Positions 48,653 through 61,286 of a stretch of DNA of 64,000 bases are shown piece by piece (within the stretch, counting starts at the first letter, position 1; each line of letters begins with the position of its first letter). A model generated the notes under the pieces. That model was not told where the DNA came from. It searched no databases and saw only the letters and a program-made list of their open reading frames with translations. The stretch covers positions 372,001-436,000 of the forward strand of contig LSRY02000045.1 in assembly GCA_001643675.2 (NCBI GenBank). Reading direction: 5' to 3'. The stretch is from Monocercomonoides exilis PA203 (lineage: Eukaryota; Protista; Preaxostyla). Both the position numbers and the translations under genes were made by a program.

Positions 48653-49029
48653 CAGATATCGCACAAAATACCGGACAAGATCTATATCTCAATAACCACA
48701 AAAAGAAAAATTCTGTTAATTTTCCACAAAATATATCTCATCAATGCAAACTCATTTGACATACAAGACTTTTTTAATAGCTTCATTTGTGCTCAGAAAA
48801 AATTATTTTTGTAATTTCGGGGAAATAGGATTTTGAGTTTCTCCGAGATTTTTTAAATTATTTTCTCAGGGCACAAATGAGGCTATTTTGAAAGTCTTGT
48901 TTATCAATTGAGTTTGTATCAATGAGATTTTTTCTGAGGAAAATTAACAGAAAATTTCTTCTTGTGGTTATTGAGATATATATCTTGTCCGGTATTTTGT
49001 GCGATGTCCGGTATTTTATACGATATCTG
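48653..49029. mobile_element. Palindromic Tc1/mariner-type MITE (CAG ends, TA TSD)
   Basis: TA|CAGATATCG...CGATATCTG|TA; ~170-bp imperfect arms; short tandem duplication GTCCGGTATTTT in right arm. Confidence 0.85.
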
Positions 49030-50049
49030 TATATCGAAATATTTTTTTGACACATAGATAAGTTTATGTCAGTTATTTTGTCATTATTGCAAAATACTTT
49101 TATCACGTCACAGAGGAATAATGTCAATACTCACATAGTTTCTTATATTTATTTTTAAATGAATGGTCGTAGCTAGGCCTGGTTGACGGATTGAAAAATA
49201 GAAGGTTACATCATTCAACAGAATTTTTTCAAGTCAATTGGTTTTTTTCTCTATCTCTTAATTTTTGAGGCTATAAACATGTATTTTTTTGAAAAAATTG
49301 AATGGCTATTTTCAACAATGATTAGTAATGAATTTCATTTTTCCATTAAAGAAAGAACACTTAACCATAATTCTTGTAACGCTCAATATGAGAAAAATAA
49401 TTTTGCAATTTCACGCTTGTAATATATGAAGGCTGATTGGTTTGCATAGAATTGTATTTGCCGATTATCAATAAATGTTTTTCTTTTTGTGAATCAGTGG
49501 AAATTTTCTAAAATAAACAAATAGTGGAATATCTTATTATCCTTGATGAATATCGAGTTTGTTCAACGAATTCATAAAGAAAGTCCACAGGAAGAAGAGA
49601 CGTTAAAGTGAAAATGGAGAATCAGATGATGAAACATTCGAAAACAGAAGGAATAATGAATTTTTATTGGAGGGAAACAGTTGCCAACGGAATATAAAGC
49701 AGAAAATTGCTTATAAAAATGTTTAGAAGGTTTGTTGTTGTTGTTTATCTTGAAGTGATTAATTTTTTCCCCTTCAGGCTGTTGAAAGAGCTCGGGATTT
49801 GATGGCTTTGAAGAAGAAGAAGAAAAGTTTTGAAGAAAAAATTGGACAGACAGATGAAATGCGAGATATTACGAAGATGCCTGGAGTTGGGCTTTGATGA
49901 TGAATAATTTTTGAGGAAAGAAGATTTTTTGTGAAAGAAGGAGAAGCGAAAAAAGGAGAGATTGAATGAAAAAGGGATTCACATTTGTTTCCTATTTTTT
50001 GTTGGCGAGGGGGGATAATTGAGCTGAAAGTGAAAAAGATTCAGAGGTG

Positions 50050-52000
50050 TCTCCTCAACAGAAGACAAAATCCTGAAGAGGAGAATTACAACGAATTTCT
50101 CCGTTGATGATAATTGAAACTTTTGTTCTCAACTTTCAACCTTCAATCAACTCATTCATTCAACACCTTCAAAATCTTCATCAAATTATCACAACATTTC
50201 ACACGCTTCTTCTTCTTCTTTTTCTTCTTCTTCATTCACATCATCTGAATGAATTTCTTCATATTTGATATCTGCATCAGAGGTCATGAATGAAATGAAG
50301 AAGAAACGGAGAAATTATTCATCCAAAGGAAGTTTTCATAAATTTTAATTAGAATAAGAAGAATGAAAGACGAGGCGAAAGAGAAAGAGAAAGAGAATGA
50401 AGAGCGTGTTTTGAGAGGAGAACTGGAAAGGAAATAGAATAGAGAAAATGTGAGAGGGTTTTTTGAATGAAAGGAAGAAGATGATAATGAATACGAAGAT
50501 GAAGAAGAACATGAAGCTGGTTGAGAGCCAGCCACCAACTGCGAAAGGTACTTAACAGAGCAAAAAGAAGAGCAATGCTGCCAGGGAAACTCAAACGAGA
50601 TAGGAGGAGCTAAGTCCATGCCACATTACTCAGAAAACCGCTTTGCATCACTTTCAACTACCTTCTGTCTTCGGCAGCTTATTGTTTCAACATGGAACAA
50701 TGAATGACTTTTATGCTTATTTGAGTTTGTGTCTGCTTCATTGGAACATGTGCAATCTTCACAATCCTTTTAATTGGCAAATGAATGTTCGACCTCTTCT
50801 TCTCTTTCTCTATCTCTTTCCCTCTCTGCATCGTCCATTCCAGCTTCTCCTTTTTCGCCTCTATTTCTCCATTCTTCATTCACTCTCTCAGCTGAATGTG
50901 CTCAAACGGATTAAAACCACAACAGAAGACAAGTGCAAAAAGGTTAAAAAGCAACAGGAAAGTGACAAACTGAAGAATTGTGTGGAGAAAACAACAAATA
51001 CGAAGAAGAATACGAAGAGGAAGGAGAAGAAGATGTGGAGGAGCTGGCTGTTTGTGGGAAAGCATCAGGAAAGAGATGGGAATGAGCACAAGGCGATCCA
51101 ACAACCGACGAATAAGATGAAGAAGCCAATGGAGATATGGAATTATAATTGGAGAGAGAAGGCGACAGATCTGAAATAGCAGAAGAAGAGAAAGAAAAAG
51201 ACATGCAAAAGGGTGAAGAGGCAGAGAAAAGAGGATAAGATTCATCAGAATTCCTGTTTTGAACAATCTCATCAATTGGAGTGGAAGCATTGAAGAAGAG
51301 AGAAGAGCCAAGGCTTGACAGATCAGAGCTGCATTTTGCGAGTGTGTCGCGGCCGATCCAAAAGGCAGCTGAAACGCACCGCTTTGGAATTCGACTGATG
51401 AACTGAGAAGAAACGAAACGGAAGAGGAAAAAGATAAAGAAGAAGACAATGATAATGATGGCGATGACAATTTATCACTTGAGTCATTCTGCTTTTTCAT
51501 TTCTTCTTTTTCTCCAACACTTCCTTCTTCATCTGTTGTCGTGCTTTCATCCGTTCCATTGGGAATGATGTCTGACATGATGAGTGCTGCCTCCAAAAGC
51601 GACAGGTCGTCTTTGCCGAGAGAGAAGCAGTAGTCGATGGTGAACAGCACGGCATCTCTTAGCTGATCGCATGAAATGAGATGGATGACTAGCTGTGGGA
51701 TGAGGGGAAACGTAGCAACGATCGGTTGAGTGGATGTGTGAAAGGACAATAGCTCCGTTGGGGAAGAAGAAAGTTAAAAAGAAGAAGATGGCGAAGAAGG
51801 AAAAGATGCTGAAATAGAATAGGAAATATCTGTGAAGCGTTAAAATAAAATTGAAAAATCAGCAAGCAAGAATGGAATTCAGAAGGCATAGAGATGTGCG
51901 CAAAGCCGTGGAGAAGACAGAATGCAAGGCAAACAGGATATGTTGGAAGTTATGACAACGTTTCGAACGTTTTCACACAACAGAAGTGAGATTAGAGTGA
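50050..52000 (-). pseudogene. Captured host gene fragment(s), product unknown
   Basis: Protein-like ORF 50880-51749 (QLVIHLISCDQLRDAVLFTIDYCF...) with frame changes; GC higher than flanks. Confidence 0.45.
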
Positions 52001-52261
52001 AAGAGAAAGAAAATCAATTCATTTTTTTTTTCTCGTTAACGTTCATAATGAATATTGCATTCAGTTTCCTCATTCAGATGTTCTTCTTTTTATTTGCTCA
52101 TTGATATTAACGCTTCACAAGAACGATTTTAAATATGCAGTATATTCATGAAAATGTTGATTGATATTTTTATGAAAATCAAAAAAGAAAATTGATGATT
52201 TATTGTTTTTTTAAAGAATTTATTGAAAGTCTTGTGAAATGAAAATACTTTTGTGAAAATG

Positions 52262-52900
52262 CTAAATAGTCAAAAGAGCATTTAAAGCTTTTAATGATAG
52301 GGAATGCCTTCTGTCACCAGAGATCCTTTTCATTCTTGAAAAAATACGTTCGCAGCTTGCTTCGCTGCATGGAGACGAAACTAATGAAAAACAGATGTTT
52401 GAGAAAATTGTTTGAATAAGTTCTTTCTTCGTGATCTCTGCGTAGAATTTTTGTGTGTCGTCTTCAAATATTAAGCTTGGTGCTTCATTCAAAAAATCCA
52501 GAAACAGTTTGAAACATAAATCCCTGATCTCTTTTGATTGATTTGATTATACTGTTGCAAAGTGTCTTTCAAATCTTTGTCTAATTCGTGTTTCTTAGTA
52601 AAATCATATGGAACATACCACTTAATTACAAACTTCTTTCTCTTTTCTGGTTCCAGACGGGAAATCAAACTAATCTTCTGGTTTGAAAACAGCACCTCCA
52701 CATCATCTGTGCCATATTCTATTTCATCTGTTCCGTCTTCCATTGAATCTTCAAGTGAGTCATGAGAATTATCAAAGAAAAATGTGATGTGAGAATATGT
52801 CAAACATTTCGAAGAAAAACAATCAAAAGAAGAAGAGCAGGAGGAAGTTGTTGAAGGAAACGAAAAAGACTCATGAATGCTTTCATCTTTTTTCTTTTCT
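52262..52900 (-). pseudogene. hAT transposase C-terminal fragment
   Basis: PCSEASCERIFSRMKRISGDRRHSLS = hAT dimerisation domain motif; similar to 30500-30617. Confidence 0.88.
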
Positions 52901-53547
52901 CTTTATTTTGTTAATCCGGTCATTTGAAGATACACTTTAAAGTGTGTTTTAGCTATTCAAAGTGAATAAATCAATCAAAAAACGATGCATTTAATACGTT
53001 TATCCATAAAGGCATTCTGAAATACACTCAAATGATTATAACATTCAATTATGTTGGGTGTTAACACAAAAATTTGACAAAGTCAAAAAATGATCGACCA
53101 GTCTGTGACTTAGGCAATTTCAAAAAGAATTGATCCGGTCAAAACCCATTAACATGTTCTTCATTTCAAAAAAAAGTGTTGATTATTTTATGTTCTATTT
53201 AAATTTTTCATTTTCCTTTGATTTTATTAAGTGTGTGAACGATAAACTGTTAAACTTTAGAATAATTTGGATGAGATATATATGTTTTTTGACTTCAAGA
53301 ATTTTTAAAGTCAGTCAAAAGCAGATTTCCTAAAGACAAAAGTCTTAAGTCACCCAGGCTTAGTCGTAGCTAGAGCATGTTGAAAAAATTATGCTGTAAA
53401 TAAAAAAATAACAACCAACAAAATTTTTATATTTTCAGAAAAAAATACTAATTGACAAATGTTAATCAGTTTTTCATTATATTTTTTCCTTTCAAGTAAT
53501 ACGATTTTGTACAAAAAACTCGAATTTTTTTGTTAAGACTCAAAAAG

Positions 53548-54543
53548 ATGGTTAAAGTTTTTTTTGGAATTTCTCCGTCAAAACTTTTATAATGGGATGC
53601 TTTTTGATTGAATTTTTTTCTTTATCATGTCTTTAAATCAGCTTCGTGTTCTTGTTGTCTATTTCACAAGAACAGCCAATACCAAAAAAGTTTGTTGTTA
53701 AATTTTGTTTGTATGAATTTAAAAAGAGAATTTTTGTTTTCAGGTGTGCGATTTGGTGCAGGGAGAATTTTTGAAACTTGGAATAACTGTTTGAAATTTT
53801 TATAAATATGAAGTTGTATATTCCAGATTTTAATATTTAGCCAATAATAGAATCAGTGAATTACAAAGATTCGAAGCCTGGAGCTTGGCAATATATAAAA
53901 CATGTTGTGAAAGCTGGAGTTGGTTCAAAATACACTCTTGATGCTCAACCAACAAATGACGCCTCACAATTTGATATTGTCATTTTCGGTGCTCCTGTTT
54001 GGGATTGGAGCTTTGCTCCTCCAATTTTGGTACAAAAATTTTTTTTGAAATCATTTATTAAAATCTGCATTTTTTAAAAAGGAATGGATGAAAATGTCAA
54101 AATTCAATCGTGATCGAACTTCATTTGGGTTATTCATTCAAAGTTTGTTTTTCGTCAATTTTATTTACAATAGAATACCTTTTTTTTAGTGGGGGGAAGC
54201 GGATTTGAAAAATGTGTCAAGCGTATGAAAAAATTCCTAATAATATTTATTCATTCAATTTTTGGGGGGAAAATCTTCTTTTGTTTTAGAAACAGAAAGT
54301 GAATTGAAGACAAAAGTGACATCATTTATTGCAACGAAAGATGCAGAATTACGAAATTCTGAAGAATTGACAAAGAAAGTGAGTAATTTTGTCAATGAAA
54401 TGCTAAGACTTCACGAACAAAGGCAATCATCTTCCGTTGTTTCACCTGATGAGGAAAAAAAATCTGCAACAGTTGAAAAAATTGAGAGCAAGCCTGAAAA
54501 GATAAATGATGAAGCAAAGGAGGATGAAGGAAAAAGCAATTGA
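53548..54543 (+). CDS. Flavodoxin-like protein, multi-intron gene
   Basis: Spliced reading MVK|LRVLVVYFTRTANTKK|VCDLV...|...FDIVIFGAPVWDWSFAPPIL|EW...GLFIQ|MGGSG; FMN-binding loop (YFSxTGNT-like), GxPVW and GGSG motifs. The 3' exon boundaries are approximate. Confidence 0.8.
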
Positions 54544-55369
54544 ATGAAAATTTTAAAGAAGTTTAGGGGAATTTGAAAGCAAAAGAATGAAAACAAGATT
54601 TTTATAAATATACATTATTAACTTTATTTAGATTATTTTGATGCGTTTTCTATTCTATTTTCTTTCTTTCTTTCTTTCTTTCTTTCTTTTTATTAATTTT
54701 CGTTAGTTTTATTTCACTTTTTATTTTTGTAGATAAATGTGGTATTTTTTTTTTTTTTATTTTTTTGAAAGTTGATCAATGGTTATCATTAGAAGTGAAG
54801 AATTATCGAATTTTTTTAAATGAAAAGTGGTCTGATACAAATTTTATTTGAAATCTAATAATTCCAAGGAAAATGAAAGCTTCCAGTATATGGCATACAG
54901 AATATGACAAATATTTGTAGATTACCAAATTGATTCAATTTTTGAATGACAAACAAAAAATATCTTTGCTTGTAAAAAATGACTCAAAAGATTCTCCATT
55001 TGCATTAGAAAAGAAAGAAATAAAAACACAAGGAAATAGCACATCATCATAAATTACTGTTATAATCATGCAAAAAAAAAGTTTAATTATTAAACTATAA
55101 TTTATAAAATATTTATATATATAAGAATATACATCAAACAAGAAAACGCAAGAAATCATGAATGAAGGTATCCAATTTAGAATTAAAAATTTGAATAGTC
55201 CAACTTGTCCAATTTTGCTTGAAAATTCGTCTAAGTTTCATAAAAACATAATATTTACTTGTGAAAATGGAACAATATTCAAAAATAAAAATAAAAATAA
55301 ATGAAAAAATTCAAACATTGAATAAATATTTTATCATATTCCTTTTTGAATAACATGGAATCTGTTCAA

Positions 55370-56401
55370 TCACTTTGTGCTCCTAATCATAAGCAACAAC
55401 TGCGTTTCATTAAAATCAATAAAAAAAAATGTGATAGCTTTTTATTTTTTGAAAAATTAATTTGATAATACCTGAATTCCGCTAATGATTATTAAGAACA
55501 ATAAAACAAGTACAACAACTGGCAGATAAACATTAATTGCCATTGAACAGCTGATTTTTGCGTGGATTAAATTTGAATCCATCATTTTCATATCATTATT
55601 ACAGACATAATGATCATGAAATAAAAATTAGAAAAAAAATCACATTGTTATCCTTCAATGAATCAAAATTGCAAACCTTGGGTAGCTTCCTTTTTTTATT
55701 AATGTCCAACAAAGCCTCTTGGGCGTAAATTTTTTAGGCAAATCTGGCTTGTATATATTGAGGCATTCACAGACATGGTGCCAGCTATTGCATTTTGTCC
55801 ATGATAGTTTTCTGTGAAGAAATGTCTGACTCGCGGATTCAATTGCCTTATCCCATTGCCCAGGAATAGAATGACTTTCGTAGATTAAATTTTCCTGTTG
55901 TTCAATGTCATCCATCTCATTTTCTTTTGGTTCTTTTGATTCTTTTGGCTTTTCATAAAACCTCCAAACTCTTTTTCATTAAAAATTATCATAAAAATAA
56001 AATAAAGCAAAAATATCAAAAAAAAAAATGTTAAACGGCAGCTAAAAATTTGCTCAAACTTTAGTACTCTTCCATATTTCATTCGATGGATCTGAATTTA
56101 TAAAAATACAGCTTCAAAAAATTTTCTTGTTCAATAAAAAATCTAACAAAACTCCAATTTTGTTTGTCTCTTGAAAATCCCAAATCCTTCCAACACTATC
56201 GCAAATTCCAACATGTCCCAAAAAAGGCAAAATCCAAGATAAAAATGGTACTGCGTTCCAAACAACAGCAAATGGAAATCTATCTTTATCCATATCTTCG
56301 TTCATCAAAAACTCTTTCAGAGTTTCTGGTTCGCGGAGAGGATCTTCCTGCGTCGCTTCGACCTTTTGCTCTTGTGGTGTTTCTTCCTCAATTGAAGTCA
56401 T
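55370..56401 (-). CDS. TMEM222/RTE1-like (DUF778) membrane protein, multi-exon
   Basis: RFPFAVVWNAVPFLSWILPFLGHVGICDSVGRIWDF and WDKAI...CNSWHHVCECLN match the family pattern; C-terminal TM exon VYLPVVVLVLLFLIIISG; stop at 55370-72. Confidence 0.8.
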
Positions 56402-56556
56402 AATACTTATTACGGGTTTGATGAATAATACTATAATTAAATTATTTTGAATTTTTGTATTTTTAAATGCGAATTTTCACATGTATACTAATGTTTGCAT
56501 TATGAACTATAAAAGCAACAAATTGAATCAATTATTATTGATTTGAATTTGAAGAC

Positions 56557-56886
56557 ATGTTTGCGCTTCATATTTTGTGTAAAATTCTTATATCTTTTTT
56601 CATTATTCGAATTTTAATTAACAGGCAAAGTAATCAAGAATGCAAGGATGGAGTTTGCAAAAAGAGAGAGTGCAAAGAAGGAGAATGCCACGAAAAAGAA
56701 TGTTCAAAAAGCGAAAATCAAACGTCTTCGTGCCCTGAATGCCAAAAAATGCATTCGACCTGTCCAGAATGCAAAGATAAAAAGAGTTCATGTCCAGAAT
56801 GCCAAAAGTCCAAATCATCTTGCCCCGAATGTGAAGCAAAGAAGCATATGACACATCCTGAGAGATGTGGAGTTGGCAGAAGCTAA
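56557..56886 (+). CDS. Small Cys/Lys/Glu-rich metallothionein-like protein with four CPEC repeats
   Basis: Predicted spliced product of 87 aa, 14 Cys, no aromatic residues; 10-aa repeat (SSCPECQKxx) x4; probable intron 56559-56624. Confidence 0.7.
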   Translation: MFALHILCKILISFFIIRILINRQSNQECKDGVCKKRECKEGECHEKECSKSENQTSSCPECQKMHSTCPECKDKKSSCPECQKSKSSCPECEAKKHMTHPERCGVGRS

Positions 56887-57578
56887 ACTTATCACAGTCT
56901 TATTTAGTAACACTTGCTGATAAATATTTTCCATTTGTTTATATTGAATTGAATAATTGTTCAATATATAAATATTTAGTATTCAATAATTAACATTTTT
57001 AACCTGAAAAGTATATTTATATTTTTTTTTTTATGAAATGAAAATTAATCTTAAAAAATGTTTGATGGACTTAAAAAGCGAAAAAAACTTTTGCAATTTG
57101 AAATTTGAAATCACAAAACTAAACATAAACCTTCATTAAGGTGAAGGTACCATTTTTATTTCACATATAAATTGAAAATTTAGAATAAAAAGGATTTAAC
57201 CTTTTTTTTTTCCAATTCATTCAGTTTCTGAAAGCGAATCAAAAGAAGAAAACCAATATGTTATAAAACAAAAGGGAAGAAAAAAACTTTTTTGAAGATA
57301 AATAGCTTTTTATGCAAAAAATTGTCACATTCGAGAATTTCTTATTGAAAAAATGATTCTTTTTTTTAATTGAATTTTTATTCAAAAAAAAAAAATAATC
57401 TTTGTTAATAAGAAAAACAAATCCAAAGAGAAAATTGTATAGTTTTTTTTAAAATCAACAAAAAAAAAAAAAAAAACGATGATTTGATTTTTAGGTTAAA
57501 ACTATTCTCTTTCCAAATAAAAACTTCAGAATTAACAAAAAGGAAAAAAAAAAAAAGATAACTATGATCAACAAATTT

Positions 57579-59963
57579 CTAAGTATTTCTTGAAGTGTAC
57601 AGCGGGTAGTTCGGCTCTGAAGGCTGAGACGGGTGCGGGCGGCGGGCAGATGTGCGGGCAGACGAAGCAGAGAAAGAGAGCGAGTTTCTGGCAGTCGCAG
57701 AGCCCTGTGCAGAGCGAGGTGTTGCCGGCACGAAGGCCGGAGAAATGCGAAATTCGGAGAAATAAGAAGAGGAGAGAGGGAGGGCGGAAGGGCGGGGGAA
57801 AGGGGTGGAAGGAGAGGAGCAGGGAGAGAGGAGGGCAGAAGAAGGAGGGAGGCGAGCGCTCATTGGAGAAGAGGAGCGAGAGGAAGGAGAGGAAGAAGAA
57901 GGAGAAGGTGAAGATGAACTGGAAGAGGAGGAGGAGGAAGAGGAAGAAAAAGAAGAAAAAGGTAAAGTAGAAGATAAAGGAATTGTCGTTGTTGTTGAAG
58001 AAGAAGAAGAAGAAGAAGAAGAATCGACAGAATTAGGATGAAATGGGGTGCGGGTGTTGCGAGTGGTGAGGGGAGGAAGCTGAGAACGGCGGTTGGGGGA
58101 AGGACGAGCAGAAATTGGGTGTGTTGGTTGAGAAGAAGGAGAAGAGGAAAAAGAAGAAGAGGAAGAGGAAGAGGAAGAAGAAGAAGAATTAATTGGAGAA
58201 GAAGAAGGAGGAGAAGAAGAAGATGATGATGATGAAGCATCGCCATAAGAAGAAGTTTTCAGATGAAGAAGAGGAATCGAGGGATTACTTGTTCGGCTGG
58301 AAGAAGAGGAAGAGGAAGAAGAAGAAGAAGAAGAAGAAGAAGAAGAAGAAGAATTTTTCATTTCAGATGGAGTAAGCTTATTTGAGTTTTGTTGCTTGCT
58401 GAAACGAGAAGAAGCGAATGAAGATGGATTCTTCTCAAACACATTCAAAAACCCTTCTTTTTCTCCTTCTTCTTCCTTCTCTTTCTCTTCCTTCTCTTTC
58501 TCTCCTTCTTCTTTCTCTTTCTCCTCCTTCTCCTTCCTCTCCTCCTTCTCCCTCTCCCTCCTCCTCATCTCCTCCATCTCCCTCCTCCACACCTCCTCCA
58601 CTTCTCTGTGCCGCTCCCTCTCCCTCTCCCTCTCCCTCTCTGCTTTCTCCACCTCTGCCTTCATCCTCTCGATCTCCACCATCGCTTCTCTATTCCTCTC
58701 CTCCATCTCCACCTCCAGCGCCCCGCACCTGTCCCCCATCACCCGGCTCTGCTCCACCATTTTCGCCAGCTTTTCTTTCTCTCCCTTCTCCACCCTCAGC
58801 AAAACAGCATTCGTTTGCTCCCTCGCCGCTGTTAATGCCATCTTCAACCTTTTGATCTCCATCAAAAGCTTCGAATTCTCAAAGGAAAGCATCGAAATCT
58901 GCGCATCTTTGTTCATCTTGTCCCTTCTCCGCTCGCTCGCCAGATTTGACATGCATGTCAAATCGGAGTTTTCGGCCCTTAACCGAATGGCTTCTTCTTT
59001 CAACTTCGCTATTTCTCCGTGGAGAATTACGATTTCATCGTCTTTCTCATCCAAAAGCCTCAAAAGCTCAAATTTGTCCTTTTTCATGTCTCTTTTCTTT
59101 CTTTCTCTCTCTTCTTTCCTCTCTTTCTTCTTCTCCTCCCTCTTTCTTGCCAGTTCTTCTTTCTTCGCCTTCATTTGTCTTATTTCTTCTTTTCTTTCTT
59201 TTTGTCTTTCTTTGCTCTTCATCTTTTGCTTCTCAAAATCAAATCCATTTTTCATTCCTTTCTTCCCTTTCTTATTCTTCCCTTTCTCTTTCTCCTTCCC
59301 TGTCTCTTTCTCTTTCTCCCCTTCTTCTCCTTCTCCTTCTTCTTCTCTTTCTTCTTCTTCTCTCTCTTTCTCCTTCTCCTTCTCTTCCTCCTCCTCAGCC
59401 AGCCTCACTTTCTCCTCGAGTTCTGCCTCCAACTCCCAGTCTTCCACTTCTTCGTCGATTCCCTCCTCTTTCATCCTCTCCCTCATCATCATCATCACAC
59501 TTTCCTTTTGCCTTAGCTGTGAATGCGCTGCGTTGAGAAGAGAAGGAGAAAGAAGGAAGGGGAAAGAAGAGGAAGAGGAAGAAGAAGAAGGAAGAGAAGA
59601 AGAAGAAGAATGAGAAGAAGAAGAAGAAGGGTAGAGAGAAGGAGGAGAAGGAGGGGTGGATGAATGAGAGGAAGAAGGTTTAGAAGAAAGGGTGATGTCT
59701 ATGAGAAGGGAATAAATAGGAAAAGTGAGTGTGTGTGGGTGGATGAGAGCGAATAATAAAAGAAGGAGAAGGAGAAGAAGAGAAGAGGGAAGAAAAAAGG
59801 TCAAAAAAAAAAAGAAAAGAAAGAAAGAAATAATAAATAGACAGATGAACAGACAAATAAATAAAGAAAAGAAAAGAAACATTGCAACATAAATTAAAAT
59901 TACATTATTTTGAATTCAAAAATTAAAAATTAAAATTTTTCCTCTTTCGTTTTCTTTTTCTCA

Positions 59964-60026
<63 letters not shown>

Positions 60027-60933
60027 CATCCATTCCATTCTAAACTGTTAACACACCAAATGGATCCTTCATCATAGGCAATGGAATTAACTCACTTATT
60101 TCATCCGAAGAAGAAGAAGAAGAAGAAGAGTTTTTATTCCCTTCTCCCAAATACAAAGGCAACGAATAATTTCTGTCATGTTTCGTGTGTTTCTGTGGTT
60201 GCGAATAAAAAGCCAGCATTTTTCTTTCTCTCTCTTCTTTCTTCCTCCTCCTCTCCTCTTCTTCTCGTCTCTGCCTCTCCATCTCAAAATACATTCCTTT
60301 CGATGCGATTCTTTCTTTTCTTTCTCTCTCTTCCTCTTCTTTCGCCTTCTCCATCAAATATATCGCATTCATCCTCTTCTTCTCCCTCTCTTTGCTTTCT
60401 TTCTCCCTCTTCTCCCTCAACTCCCTCATCTTCTTCTCCTTCTCTTTCTCTTTCTCTTTCCTCTTCCTCTCTTCATCTTCTTCTCCTTCTCCTTCTCCTC
60501 TTCCTCCTCTTTCTTCTTCTCTTTCTCTCTCTCTCTCTCTTCTCAACCTCCCCTCACTAAATGACCTTCCAAATATGTTTCTTTTCTTTCCTTCTCCTCT
60601 TCCTCCTCTTTCTGTTTCAAATCCTTTTATTCCTCTTCCTCCTTCTCTTCCTCTTCCTCTTCCTCTCTCACTCATTATTTCTCTTTCTCTTTCTCTCTCT
60701 TCTTTCCCTTCTTTCTCCTTCTCCTTCTCCTCTTTCTTCTTCTCCTTCCTCTTCTCCTTCATCCCAATCGCAATCAGATCCTGCTGAGTGAGGGAGGAAG
60801 AGAGAAGAAGCTGAAAAGACGCTGAAGGAATGGCTGAAGGGGCAGCGGTGCCTGAGTGGTGGATGAGCAAAGAGGGAGTGGAGAAGGAGAAGGGACGGTG
60901 TGTGGAGATCTGGAGAGAGAGTGAGTGAGTGAA

Positions 60934-60975
<42 letters not shown>

Positions 60976-61255
60976 TGAGAGTGAGAGTGAGTGAGTGAGT
61001 GAGTGAGTGAGTGAGTGAGTGAGTGAGTGAGTGAGTGAGTGAGTGAGTGAGTGAGTGAGTGAGTGAGTGAGTGAGTGAGTGAGTGAGTGAGTGAGTGAGT
61101 GAGAGTGAGTGAGTGAGTGAGTGAGTGAGTGAGTGAGTGAGTGAGTGAGTGAGTGAGTGAGTGAGTGAGTGAGTGAGTGAGTGAGTGAGTGAGTGAGTGA
61201 GTGAGTGAGTGAGTGAGTGAGTGAGTGAGTGAGTGAGTGAGTGAGTGAGTGAAAG

Positions 61256-61286
<31 letters not shown>

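Larger units (their letters stand above)
49174..53362 (-). mobile_element. 4.19-kb internally deleted hAT transposon with host-gene cargo
   Basis: Exact 8-bp TSD GTCGTAGC (49166-49173; 53363-53370); TIR TAGGCCTGGTTGAC / GTCACCCAGGCTTA; hAT C-terminal relic inside. Confidence 0.88.

Noticed and set aside
54790-55290. Possible small multi-exon membrane protein gene (weak ERD2-like YSVCHILEAFIFLG) on minus strand
   Set aside because: Could not build a reliable gene model or convincing motif match by eye.
60987-61251. Telomeric or CRISPR-like array
   Set aside because: Plain tetranucleotide microsatellite, no spacers, not TTAGGG-like, internal to a gene.
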